NCBI RefSeq assembly: GCF_006345805.1
Contig: NC_043026.1
Location: 8,680,001 to 8,744,000 of the forward strand
Reading direction: 5' to 3'
DNA length: 64,000 bases
Source of the DNA: Octopus sinensis
Taxonomy: Eukaryota
A model generated the notes under the pieces. It made no database searches, was not told the DNA's origin, and saw only the letters and a program-made list of their open reading frames with translations. The translations under genes were made by a program, and so were the position numbers. Position 1 is the stretch's first letter. The number at the start of each line of letters is the position of its first letter. Below, piece after piece: positions 12,723 through 26,719 of this stretch.

Positions 12723-13164
12723 TATATGAGCATGTCTAGATATGCAACTATATGCATGAGAAGACATACATAAAACAAAACATACAAATCTACACATATA
12801 CATACATAAAAAAATACCGTGTTGTTGATGTTGAAATTCTAATGAAGGAGCCTTGGATCTAGGTATATAGTACGCACTAGGGATTTTGACCTTTAAATTT
12901 TAGGAAAAAAGAGGACTTATGGTACACATTTAGTTAACACCAGAAGTACCGAGCGGTGACTTATTACTTATTACTTTTCAATTTCTACAACTGTTTAAAA
13001 TGTGCAATCATGAGCATCATTTCATATATATGTCAACATATATTTATGTTTTGTATGTAAACGAATACTAAAAATGTATTTTCAAAGCCTTTATTCACTG
13101 CATTTGCTTATATTCAAATAAATTGTACTAAATAAAGATTTTCAATGCTATGGTCCTTGTAGGG

Positions 13165-13393
13165 TTAACCCTTTAGCATTCAAAGTGGCCATATCTGGCC
13201 CCAAATATTCTACCAATTTTATGTTCAAACTATCCAGAATCGGCCTCTAACACCTACCCTAGCAATATCATTCCGAAGATAAATAATCACCTCATCAAAA
13301 TTTGAAAGCTGTGTGATAATGCATGACAAATTGAAAAATAATGTCAATAAACATTACATTCAACAGAATAATTCTGCAGGGTGTAAGTGTTAA
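13165..13393. mobile_element. TTAA-flanked MITE in the 3' region of ZNF gene 2
   Basis: ttaaccctttagcattc...; homologous to 6109-6331. Confidence 0.7.
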
Positions 13394-13429
13394 GTGGCCA
13401 CTTACCGAAATCGATTTACCACAAATTGT

Positions 13430-14070
13430 GAGCCGCTCTCCGGCTATCTATCTGCGGCTTTATATAGCTATGGTAAGACCTCACCTGGAATTTGCATCAC
13501 CGGTCTGGAACCCCTATCTTGCCCAGGATATCAATCATGTGGAAGTCGTTCAGCAACGTGCAACCAAAAGAATACCCTCCATCAGGCATTAGCCATATTC
13601 TGAATGCCTTACTTCCCTGGGCATGGACACATTGTAACTCCGACATCTAGCAGCTGACTTGGCAGACACCCATAAAATTATTAACCATCTTACAAACAAT
13701 AACTCTGAGCACCTTTTCAAACTCCACCCGTCTAATACCTGTGGACATATTTACAAAGTAAGAAAACAGCACAACTCCCATGACTTTAGGAAACATTTTT
13801 TCACACTGAGAGTTGCTGAAGCATGGAACAAACTGCCGGCATCAGTTGTTAGTTGTCGGAGCACTGCATCCTTCAAAACTTCCATGCTTCCTGAGATTCG
13901 CCAACACTACACCTGATTTTCTCCCCTCCATACACACACAAGCATGTATCTGACTCATACACTGTTCGCTTCCCAGACATTTCTACATTACTGCATATAC
14001 TCTATATGCACTTTCTGACAAGTTGTGGTGCACCTGAGCACTGTATACAATAATTTCATTATTATATCAT
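13430..14070 (+). mobile_element. CR1/L2-type LINE 3' fragment inserted just behind the gene 2 stop codon
   Basis: LYIAMVRPHLEFASPVWNPY..VQQRATK and [17 protein letters not shown], with an (att)n-like tail. The flanks rejoin to the homologous tail of gene 1. Confidence 0.85.
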
Positions 14071-14072
14071 TA

Positions 14073-15998
14073 TCAGTGGGATTGCTTCTTTTCTATATGA
14101 ACACGTTTGTGAGAAGTTAAGTTGCCATGTTGAGTGAATGACCTACCACAGATGTCACAGTGATATGGCTTCTCACCTGTATGAATACGTTTGTGCATAG
14201 TCAAGCAACTACTTCTGGAGAACAATTTACCACAGGTATCACAGCGATATGGCTTCTCACCTGTATGAAAACGTTTGTGAGAAGCTAAGTGGCCACTTTG
14301 AGAGAATGATTTACCACAGATATCACAGCGATAAGGCTTCTCTCCTGTATGAATACGTTTGTGGTTAGTCAAGTTATAATTCTGAGAGAATGATTTACCA
14401 CAAACGTCACAGGGAAATCGCTTTTCACCTGTATGAACAAGTATGTGAGAATTTAAAGCACTTTGTGAAGAAAATGATATACTACAGACATTACAGTGAT
14501 ACGGCTTTTCTCCGGTATGATGACGTTTGTGTGTAGTCAAGTAACTACTTGTGGAGAATAATTTACCACAGATATCACAGTGATATGGCTTCTCTCCTGT
14601 ATGGGAACGTTTATGAGTAGCTAAGCCACTACTTTGAGAGAATGATTTACCACAGATATCACAAGGATATGGTTTCTCTCCTGTGTGAATACGTTTGTGG
14701 TTAGTCAAGTTATAGTTTTGAGAGAATGATTTACCACAGATGTCACAGTGAAATCGTTTTTCCCCAGTATGAACAAGTACGTGAGAATTTAAAGCACTTT
14801 GGTAAGAGAATGATGTACCACAGACATTACAGTGATATGGTTTCTCTCCTGTATGAATACGTTTGTGTGTAGCCAAATTATTTTGTTGAAAGAAGGATTT
14901 ACCACAAATGTTACAGTGAAATGACTTCACTCCAGTATGAATATGTTTGTGCATATTCAAGCAACTACTTCGAGAGAAAGATTTATCACAGACGTCACAG
15001 TGATAGGGTTTCTCTCCTGTGTGGAAACGTTTGTGAGAAACTAAGTGGCCACTTTGAGAGAATGATTTACCACAGACATCACAATGATATGGCTTCTCTC
15101 CTGTATGAGTACGTTTGTGGTTAGTCAAGTTATAATTCTGAGAGAATGTTTTGCCACAAATGTCACAGTGAAATAGCTTCTCCCCTGTATGAACACCTAT
15201 GTGAGAATTTAAAGTACTTTGGCAAGAGAATGATGTACTACAGACATTACAGTGATAGGGCTTTTCTCCTGTATGAATACGGTTGTGTATAGTCAAGTTA
15301 TTTTTTTGAAAAAATGATTTACCACAGACATTACAGTGAAATGGCTTATCCCCTGTATGGAGACGCTTGTGTGTAGTCAAGTTATTTTGTTGAAAGAATG
15401 ATTTACCACAAATGTCACATTCATAAGGCTTCTCCCCTGTATGAACACGTTGGTGTGTAGTCAAGTGAATTTTTTGATAGAATGATTTACCACAGATGTC
15501 GCAATGATAAGGCTTCTCTCCTGTATGAATACGCTTGTGTGTAGCAAAGATACTTGCTGAAGAGAAAGATTTGCCACAGACACCACAATGATATGGCTTC
15601 TCTCTTGTGTGGATAAGTCTGTGAGCAATTAAGTTACTACTTACAGAAAATGATTTACTACAGATATCACAGTGATATGGCTTCTCCCCTGTATGGAAAC
15701 GTTTGTGAGAAGTTAAAGCACCATTCTGAGTGAATGATTTACTACAGATGTTACACTGATATGGCTTCTCTCCTGTATGAATACGTGTGTGAGATTTTAA
15801 ATCACTTCGGTTAGAGAATGATTTTCCGCAAATGACACAGTGAAATGGTTTCTCCCCTGTATGAATACGTTTGTGCATATTCAAACTGCTCTTATACGAG
15901 AATGACTTTTTACAGACATCACAGTCATGTGATAATCTTCTCCCTTTTTCTGCATCTTCAGGAAAAATCATCTCCTCTAGTTTTTCACTTTTTTCCAT
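14073..15998 (-). CDS. C2H2 zinc-finger protein, gene 2 (22 fingers, 641 aa from MEKSEK)
   Basis: Uninterrupted 28-aa finger repeats. Start assigned by leader homology. Confidence 0.92.
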   Translation of the reverse strand: MEKSEKLEEMIFPEDAEKGRRLSHDCDVCKKSFSYKSSLNMHKRIHTGEKPFHCVICGKSFSNRSDLKSHTRIHTGEKPYQCNICSKSFTQNGALTSHKRFHTGEKPYHCDICSKSFSVSSNLIAHRLIHTREKPYHCGVCGKSFSSASIFATHKRIHTGEKPYHCDICGKSFYQKIHLTTHQRVHTGEKPYECDICGKSFFQQNNLTTHKRLHTGDKPFHCNVCGKSFFQKNNLTIHNRIHTGEKPYHCNVCSTSFSCQSTLNSHIGVHTGEKLFHCDICGKTFSQNYNLTNHKRTHTGEKPYHCDVCGKSFSQSGHLVSHKRFHTGEKPYHCDVCDKSFSRSSCLNMHKHIHTGVKSFHCNICGKSFFQQNNLATHKRIHTGEKPYHCNVCGTSFSYQSALNSHVLVHTGEKRFHCDICGKSFSQNYNLTNHKRIHTGEKPYPCDICGKSFSQSSGLATHKRSHTGEKPYHCDICGKLFSTSSYLTTHKRHHTGEKPYHCNVCSISFSSQSALNSHILVHTGEKRFPCDVCGKSFSQNYNLTNHKRIHTGEKPYRCDICGKSFSQSGHLASHKRFHTGEKPYRCDTCGKLFSRSSCLTMHKRIHTGEKPYHCDICGRSFTQHGNLTSHKRVHIEKKQSH

Positions 15999-16362
15999 TA
16001 TTTTTCTTTGAAAATCACAAAATATATATATATATGTTTTCTTCTTTGTACTGCTATAGTCTTTTGTTTGCAAGTATTTCGACTGCTGTATTTCTGTCCA
16101 GTGTTACCTTTGTCCCAAAACTCGTTAGTAAATTTATCCAAGTTTAATTTGCAAAGAGACACATCTTGTAGACACTCCAGCCAGTGATGTCCAGAAGGTT
16201 TGCTAATAACACATTTCAGAGTAAATATATCAGAGGAATTCCACCACAGATTTATAGAAACAATCTTATATATCTGTTGTGTACAATATTTCCAATTTGG
16301 TCTTTAAAAAGCTGATAAATAATGAGAATGTATCTTCAGTTATGCCAATGTCATCTGATATT

Positions 16363-17278
16363 CTGAAAGAATAAAGAAACAACAGTGTAAGATATAGAGG
16401 CTACTTAAAAAAATACAGATTCAACATTTCCATAAAGATAAACTGTAGAAATAAACATTTACCTGAACAACAGAACTTTCTAATTTACTAAAATTTACAT
16501 CAGAAAAATTTTGTGTGGTGCTAACATATTTGTAAACTCCAGCTCCACATTCACAATTATTTTTATAAACAAACTAAGGTTAGGGTTAAAAAGTCGTTGT
16601 AGGATCGACTACTTACGACTAGCTAGTGCGGATGCGCGCACCGGGACCACTGTTCGCTTGTAGTAACCCTACCTGACTGTGTTTCGAACTCACCCAACTT
16701 CAGCAACTATGCTGACCAATTCCTACTCCCGAACACAACAATACAAAATGATGGAGCAATACTCACAACGAAATCATTTCAAATAAACGGGGGAAAAATA
16801 AATAAAGAAATTACTCATTTTGCCCCGCTTACTGATTTCGTCCCTTTCCTTTTATCAAGAAATAAATATTTGGTGAATTATAATAAAGCATTGGATTCTT
16901 AACATTTCTGTGGTTGGAGTTTATTTGGGAATATTTCTCCATCTAAACACACAACAAACAAACGTGGAAACGATGGAAAGTGTGGGAAGAAATGAAGAAT
17001 TACTCATTTTGCCCCGCTTACTAATTTCTTCCCCTTCCCTATATCAAGTGATAAATTATAATAAAGCATTGGATTCTCAGCATTTCTGTGGTTGGAGTTT
17101 ATTTTAAGAACATTTCTCCACCTAAAACACACAACAAACAAACTTAAAGAAGAAACGATGGAGCGTGTAGGAGGTTGCCGCCATAGCTAGAAATAGCAGC
17201 CAAATGTGGAACAGATCAAAGGACATCTGAGACACCAAAGTATTAAAAGATTAAATGTTTTCGTTGTTTAATACTTAC
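16363..17278 (-). other. Inferred intron 1 of gene 2
   Basis: Donor GTAAGT at 17278-17273 and acceptor ctttattctttcAG at 16364-16363. Both sites are conserved among the paralogs that carry them. Confidence 0.6.
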
Positions 17279-17434
17279 GGAAATGTCTTTATAAAGGATG
17301 GTGTTGTTGTTGTTATGAGTGCATCAGGTGGGAGAGAAATGTATTATAAATGTGTTTGGGAGAAATTCTAGGCACCAGGGAGTCTTGTACTGCAGTGATG
17401 AATGGAGACGGAAGAACGTTTAGTGCGCATGCGT
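17279..17434 (-). promoter_or_regulatory. Promoter plus non-coding exon 1 of gene 2
   Basis: NRF1-like tgcgcatgcgt at 17424-17434; the exon ends at the conserved donor. Confidence 0.6.
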
Positions 17435-17512
17435 ATGAGATGTTGGCTTCAAATTTTTAGCACAAGGCCAGCAATATCGAGGGAGGGGGGTGCCTAAGTC
17501 GAATCCATGGAC

Positions 17513-17728
17513 CAGTGCTTTTCAAACTTTTTGCTGGAGCGGAACCCCAAGGAAACATTCCACTGGCTCGAGGAACCCCTGGGCAATAATTTAATAGTCT
17601 TATGCACACATATCTGCACAGGAGACTTAAAAATTACAGCCGATTTCAGCAGTTTTGTAACTTCTTGCGGAACCCCTGCACTGTACTGGCGGAACCCTAA
17701 GGTTCCACGGAACCCTGGTTGAAAACCA

Positions 17729-17759
<31 letters not shown>

Positions 17760-17801
17760 GACAAAAGAAGTCTCTACAGGATTCGATGAAGCCATATATT
17801 G

Positions 17802-17879
<78 letters not shown>

Positions 17880-18139
17880 ATGTGTATATTTAAAACACTA
17901 TACAATATATATATATATATATATCAGTGCTTTTCAAACTTTTTGCTGGAGCGGAACCCCAAGGAAACATTCCACTGGCTCGAGGAACCCCTGGGCAATA
18001 ATTTAATAGTCTTATGCACACATATCTGCACAGGAGACTTAAAAATTACAGCCGATTTCAGCAGTTTTGTAACTTCTTGCGGAACCCTGCACTGTACTGG
18101 CGGAACCCTAAGGTTCCACGGAACCCTGGTTGAAAACCA

Positions 18140-18174
<35 letters not shown>

Positions 18175-18214
18175 CAAAAGAAGTCTCTACAGGATTCGAT
18201 GAAGCCATATATTG

Positions 18215-18290
<76 letters not shown>

Positions 18291-18549
18291 ATGTGTATAT
18301 TTAAAACACTATACAATATATATATATATATATCAGTGCTTTTCAAACTTTTTGCTGGAGCGGAACCCCAAGGAAACATTCCACTGGCTCGAGGAACCCC
18401 TGGGCAATAATTTAATAGTCTTATGCACACATATCTGCACAGGAGACTTAAAAATTACAGCCGATTTCAGCAGTTTTGTAACTTCTTGCGGAACCCCTGC
18501 ACTGTACTGGCGGAACCCTAAGGTTCCACGGAACCCTGGTTGAAAACCA

Positions 18550-18584
<35 letters not shown>

Positions 18585-18624
18585 CAAAAGAAGTCTCTAC
18601 AGGATTCGATGAAGCCATATATTG

Positions 18625-18674
<50 letters not shown>

Positions 18675-19004
18675 ATGTGTATATTTAAAACACTATACAA
18701 TATATATATATATATATATCAGTGCTTTTCAAACTTTTTGCTGGAGCGGAACCCCAAGGAAACATTCCACTGGCTCGAGGAACCCCTGGGCAATAATTTA
18801 ATAGTCTTATGCACACATATCTGCACAGGAGGCTTAAAAATTACAGCCGATTTCAGCAGTTTTGTAACTTCTTGCGGAACCCCTGCACTGTACTGGCGGA
18901 ACCCTAAGGTTCCACGGAACCCTGGTTGAAAACCACTGATATATATATATATATATATATATGACAAAAGAAGTCTCTACAGGATTCGATGAAGCCATAT
19001 ATTG

Positions 19005-19056
<52 letters not shown>

Positions 19057-19317
19057 ATGTGTATATTTAAAACACTATACAATATATATATATATATATA
19101 TCAGTGCTTTTCAAACTTTTTGCTGGAGCGGAACCCCAAGGAAACATTCCACTGGCTCGAGGAACCCCTGGGCAATAATTTAATAGTCTTATGCACACAT
19201 ATCTGCACAGGAGGCTTAAAAATTACAGCCGATTTCAGCAGTTTTGTAACTTCTTGCGGAACCCCTGCACTGTACTGGCGGAACCCTAAGGTTCCACGGA
19301 ACCCTGGTTGAAAACCA

Positions 19318-19354
<37 letters not shown>

Positions 19355-19746
19355 CAAAAGAAGTCTCTACAGGATTCGATGAAGCCATATATTGCACATT
19401 TTATTTATATATATATATATATATATATAAATATGTGTATATTTAAAACACTATACAATATATATATATATATCAGTGCTTTTCAAACTTTTTGCTGGAG
19501 CGGAACCCCAAGGAAACATTCCACTGGCTCGAGGAACCCCTGTGCAATAATTTAATAGTCTTATGCACACATATCTGCACAGGAGACTTAAAAATTACAG
19601 CAGTTTTGTAACTTCTTGCGGAACCCCTGCACTGTACTGGCGGAACCCTAAGGTTCCACGGAACCCTGGTTGAAAACCACTGATATATATATATATATAC
19701 ATATGACAAGAGAAGTCTCTACAGGATTCGATGAAGCCATATATTG

Positions 19747-19824
<78 letters not shown>

Positions 19825-20070
19825 ATGTGTATATTTAAAACACTATACAATATATATATATATATATATCAGTGCTTTTCAAACTTTTTGCTGGAGCGGA
19901 ACCCCAAGGAAACATTCCACTGGCTCGAGGAACCCCTGGGCAATAATTTAATAGTCTTATGCACACATATCTGCACAGGAGACTTAAAAATTACAGCCGA
20001 TTTTAGCAGTTTTGTAACTTCTTGCGGAATCCCTGCACTGTACTGGCGGAACCCTGGTTGAAAACCACTG
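17513..20070. mobile_element. Composite array of seven ~219-bp hAT-type MITEs with six identical-type spacers, flanked by the 8-bp TSD CCATGGAC
   Basis: Units start at 17513, 17925, 18334, 18720, 19102, 19474 and 19870 with TIRs cagtgcttttcaa / ttgaaaaccactg. ccatggac occurs at 17505-17512 and 20071-20078. Confidence 0.9.
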
Positions 20071-20502
20071 CCATGGACCTCAGCTGTCGACTTCCAGAAA
20101 AAAGGATATTTTCTAATGAAGTTCTCGACAAATTTGCTCCAGATGCTGTAGATTACGACTGTTTTGAAATTTGTTGTGAAAAAATCGTTTTACCGAGGGT
20201 GGGAGGAAAGCTTCTAAAAATTTGCAAAAGTCAGCTTTCTTTTCTCATAATTTTAAAAAAAAATACTCGGGCGATGCTTCGGTATAGGTACACACGTGCC
20301 TTTGTTTACATTTCTGAAGATAACAGAAACCCTTTTCTTCACCCCCCTAACCCCCCACCCATATATATAAAAATCAAAACCCTTTCTTGAAATGTATCCA
20401 GTACTTTTGGTACTTACACCGGTACATCTACCGAAGTTACGCCAATACTAGGATTTTTTGCGTGGAATCAAGTACCCTGACCTTATATATGCTGCAAATT
20501 CC

Positions 20503-20905
20503 GGATCTTTTCGGTTTAAACGGCAGTTTTTTCTAGCGGCGTCATATGAAATTGTCACCCATAATTATGACACTAGTATCGATCTATTGCATTTCAATCT
20601 ATTTTAGGGTTAGCGTTAGGAGCGGGGTATCTTTTTTTCTTCACAAATGTAAATAAACCGAATCTGTTTCTTAAACGAGGGACATATTCATACGGCACAG
20701 AATGTTTTTCACCTCAATAGACGTCATTGATTGTTTGAAATTAAAGAAAAAACAACACCAAATATCTTACAAACTACAGAATTTTCTCAATAAAGCCAAG
20801 AGAAAAAGATGTTTTATAAACACATTCTACCAATATACGAAGTTTAAAAGTGTTTAGTTACGTGGAAATTATTTTAAAAAACTGCTGGTCAAACCGAAAA
20901 GATCC
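20503..20905. mobile_element. MITE with TIR ggatcttttcggttt
   Basis: ggatcttttcggttt...aaaccgaaaagatcc; same family as the element at 10919. Confidence 0.75.
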
Positions 20906-21231
20906 AAAATTATTTATTTTGGTTCGGAAAAAAAGGGAGGGCCACCCCCGTCCCGGAATCATTGGAATTCTTCTTTTCTTTTCGTTGAATGAATTCCTGT
21001 GACCTCCTAATATGCTGCAACCCCCTTTTGACGGGGGTCCGAAAAACGAGGTGGGGGTGAGGTGGAAGCCTCGGAGATTTCACCCCAATCTCATTGATCT
21101 TTTCACCAGTACGATTTTCACTAAGGAAAAAATAATTCGTGCGGTGTTACTCAAAAGATTTGCCAGATTCACTTTGCCTTTCACATTTTTCGGGGTTCAA
21201 TAAAATATATACCTATTTCTTTATTACCCAC

Positions 21232-21433
21232 AAGGGGCCAAACACAGAGGGGACAAACAAGGACAGACATGGGTATTAAGTCGATCACATGTGTAACTGG
21301 TACTTAATTTATCGACCCCGAAAGGATGAAAGTCAAAGTCGACCTCGGCGGAATTTGAACTCACAACGTAACGCAGACGAAATACCGCTAAGCATTTCGC
21401 CCGGCGTGCTCACGGTTCTGCCAGCTCGCCGCC
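21232..21433 (-). mobile_element. SINE family 2
   Basis: Reverse complement of ggcggcgagctggcag...gcttagcggtatttcgtctg...gtcgacttt. Confidence 0.75.
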
Positions 21434-21543
21434 TCAATAAAATAAATACCAGCTGACTACTGAGGTCCATGGAATTGACTTACGCACCATCCCATGCCCC
21501 GAAGTTGCCGGCCTTGTGCCAAAATGTGAAATCAACATTTCAC

Positions 21544-21706
21544 ACGCATGCGCACTAAACGTTCTTCCGTCTCCATTCATTACATCTTAATAAATATCTC
21601 TGGTTCCATAATTTCTCTCAATTCACTCCCAAACACATTTATAATACATTTCTCTACCACCTGACGCACTTCTAACAACAACACCATCCTTTTTAAAACC
21701 ATTTCC
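21544..21706 (+). promoter_or_regulatory. Promoter plus non-coding exon 1 of gene 3 (divergent from gene 2)
   Basis: acgcatgcgca at 21544-21554, donor GTAAGT at 21707-21712, acceptor ttatttcAG at 23590-23591. Confidence 0.6.
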
Positions 21707-22361
21707 GTAAGTATTAAACTATTTAATTTTTAAATACTTCCTGTCTCAGATGTCCTTTGATTTGTTCCACATTTGGCTGCTATTTCTAGCTATGGCGGCA
21801 ACCTCCTACACGCTCCATCGTTTCTTCTTTAAGTTTGTTTGTTGTGTGTTTTAGGTGGAGAAATGTTCTTAAAATAAACTCCAACCACAGAAATGCTGAG
21901 AATCCAATGCTTTATTATAATTTATCGAACCCTTGTTTCTTAATATAAGGTAAGGGGACATAATTAGTAAGCGGGGCAAAATGAGTATTTTCCCATTTCT
22001 TCCTACACGCTCCATCATTTCCACGTTTGTTTGTTGTGTTTTAGTTGGAGAAATATTCCCAAATAAACTCCAACCACAGAAATGTTGAGAATCCAATGCT
22101 TTATCATAATTTATCGAATGCTTGTTTCTTACTATAAGGTGAGGGACAAACTTAGTAAGCGGGGCAAAATGAGTAATTTCTTATTTTTCCAATATGTTTG
22201 AAATGATTACATTGTGAGTATTGCTGCATTGTATTTAAGAGTGAAGGTTATTATGTATTATGTTTTTAATGCATTTAGGGAAGGCCATTTGCTTAGCTGA
22301 TAAACATTTTGTAAAATCTCGTTCCCCACCCCAACTACCATATCTATTTCCACTTTGTATA

Positions 22362-22658
22362 TCTATATATATAAAAGAGAAGTTGTGTGTTGTCTGTCTC
22401 CTACGATTTAGATTCCGAACTACTCCCACATTTTGCAGTGCAGTTTAACCAAAACCGGGTATCTTATAGTCATGATTCATATCGAGCCCTTCTGGGTATT
22501 AGCGCGCGTCTACGATGAGTCTACGATTTTAAAAAGAAATTACCATCATTTTTTTTCCATTTTTAATGCATTTTTTGCTGTTTTTTTGCTATAACTCTCT
22601 AAAAATGCTTTATAGTTATTTCCCTTACAAACCCGAGCAACGCCGGCGATACTGCTAG
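22362..22658 (+). mobile_element. Short non-autonomous Helitron-like element in the gene 3 intron
   Basis: 5'-TCtatatatataaaa ... cccgagcaacgccggcgatactgCTAG-3'; an internally deleted relative of the 10303 element. Confidence 0.75.
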
Positions 22659-22830
22659 TATTTATATACATACATAACTGAAGAAGAACTAGGGTGCTTG
22701 TTTCTGTCCTACATGTACGCTTTGTAGTAGTTAATGCATTTTTTATTTATGGAATAACTAAATGCCATGCATACTGTATTTTGTGTACAGTAAGTTTGTA
22801 TGCACACTTACATACATACATGCATGCATA

Positions 22831-23198
22831 TGACTGTGTGGTAAGTAGCTTGTTTACCAACCACATGGTTCCGGGTTCAGTCCCACCTGCGTGGCACCTT
22901 GGGCAAGTGTCTTCTACTATAGCCCCGGGCCGACCAATGCCTTGTGAGTGGATTTGGTAGACGGAAACTGAAAGAAGCCCGTCATATATGTGTATATGTA
23001 TATATGTTTGTGTGTCTGTGTTTGTCCCCCTAGCATCACTTGACAACCGATGCTGGTGTGTTTACGTCCACGTCACTTAGCGGTTCGTCAAAAGAGACCG
23101 ATAGAATAAGTACTGGCTTACAAAAGAATAAGTCCCGGGGTCGAGTTGCTCGATTAAAGGCGGTGCTCCAGCATGGCTGCAGTCAAATGACTGAAACA
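22831..23198 (+). mobile_element. SINE family 1
   Basis: High similarity to 28274-28663. Confidence 0.8.
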
Positions 23199-23698
23199 GT
23201 GTTTCTCCCCCCATCAACACTTGGTGTGTTTATTTCTCCCATAACCGAGCAGTTCGGCAAAATGAACCAATAAAATAAGTACAAGGCTCAAAAAATAAGT
23301 CTTAGGGTTGGTTTGATCCACTGAAACTCTATAAGATGATGCTCCAGGATGGCAGTAATCAAAACTGCTGAAACAAGTAAAAGAATGTTTATATAAAAAT
23401 GTGAATGTGTAGCTGGAGTTTAGAAATATGTTAGCTTCACACAAGATTTTCTGATGTAAATATTAATAAATTAAAAAGTTCTGTTGTTCAGTTAAATGTT
23501 TATTTCTAGAGTTTATCTCTATGGAAATGTTGAATCTGTATTTTTTTAAGTAGCCTCTCTATCTTACACTGTTGTTTCTTTATTATTTCAGAATATCAGA
23601 TGACATTGGCATAACTGAAGATACATTCTCATTATTTATCAGCTTTTTAAAGGCCAAAATGGAAATATTGTACAGAACAGATATATAAGATTGTTTCT

Positions 23699-23875
23699 AT
23701 GAATCTGTGGTGGAATTCCTCTGATATATTTACTCTGAAATGTGTTATTAGCAAACCTTCTGGACATCACTGGCTGGAGTGTCCACAAGATGAGTCTGTT
23801 TGCAAATTATACTTGGATAAATTTTCAAATGAGATTTGGGACAAAGGTGATAATGGACAGAAATACAGCAGTTGA
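23699..23875 (+). other. 58-codon upstream ORF in the 5'UTR of gene 3 (MNLWWNSSDIFTLKCVISKPSGHHWLECPQD...)
   Basis: Translated by hand: ATG at 23699, TGA at 23873-23875. It falls below the ORF-track cutoff. Confidence 0.45.
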
Positions 23876-23950
23876 AATATTTCTAAACAAAAGACTATAG
23901 AATCAAAAAGGTTAAAAAAGATTATATATTGTGATTTTTGAAGAAATAAA

Positions 23951-25773
<1,823 letters not shown>

Positions 25774-25776
25774 TAG

Positions 25777-25995
<219 letters not shown>

Positions 25996-26078
25996 TAACT
26001 AATTGTAAACATACTCATACAGCTGAGACACCATATTCTTGTGATATCTGTGGTAAATCACTCTCTGATGGTGCTAAC

Positions 26079-26719
26079 TTAACTGTTTACCATGCAGATT
26101 ATTCTGTTGAATAAGGCGGTGAGCTGGCAGACACGTTAGCACGCCGGGCGAAATGCTTAGCGGTATTTCATCTGTCATTACGTTCTGAGTTCAACTTTGT
26201 CTTTCATCCTTCTGGGGTCGATTAAATAAGTACCAGTTACTGGTTTTGATATAATCGATTTAATCCGTTTGTCTGTTCTTGTTTGTCCTCTCTGTGTTTA
26301 GCCCCTTGTGGGTAGTAAAGAAATAGGTATTTCGTCTGCCGCTACATTATGAGTTCAAATTCCGCCGAGGACGACTTTGTCTTTCATTCTTTCGGGGTCG
26401 ATTAAATAAAGTACCAGTTACGCACTGGGGTCGATGTAATCGACTTAATCCCTTTGTCTGTCCTTGTTTGTCTCCTCTCTGTGTGTAGCCTCTTGTGGGT
26501 AGTAAAGAAATATATTCTGTCAAATGTGATGTTTATTTATTCACATTATTTTCAATTTGTCATGCATTACCTCACAGCTCTCAACTGTTGATGATGTGGT
26601 TGTTTGGTTTGAGAATGACATTGTAGGGTAGGTGTAAGAGGCCAACTCTGGTTAGTTTGAAAATAAAATAGGTGGTATATTTCTGCCAGATATGGCTGGT
26701 TTAAATGCTAAAGGGTTAA
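26079..26719. mobile_element. TTAA MITE behind gene 3, split by two tandem SINE family 2 insertions (26115-26510)
   Basis: Ends ...aatgctaaagggTTAA; the two halves match 13165-13393 in reverse. Confidence 0.7.

Noticed and set aside
15999-16073. 25-aa N-terminal extension of gene 2 in the ORF track
   Set aside because: It is not conserved in paralogs and runs through a (TA)n tract; the MEKSE start is shared by all copies.
17513-20070. CRISPR-like repeat/spacer array
   Set aside because: The repeats are 219 bp with TIRs, the spacers are copies of one another, there are no cas genes, and the context is eukaryotic.
20080-21230. Apparently novel sequence with odd homopolymer runs (also ~2140-2560)
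   Set aside because: It looks like noisy or degenerate versions of neighbouring repeats, possibly low-quality consensus, so no claim is supportable.
23700-23722. ctgtggtggaattc as cloning-vector polylinker contamination
   Set aside because: It is embedded in a genomic block present in seven diverged paralogs.
23592-23950. Hidden N-terminal protein domain encoded by the conserved UTR
   Set aside because: Every frame is closed by stops at different positions in different paralogs, and none joins the ZNF frame consistently.
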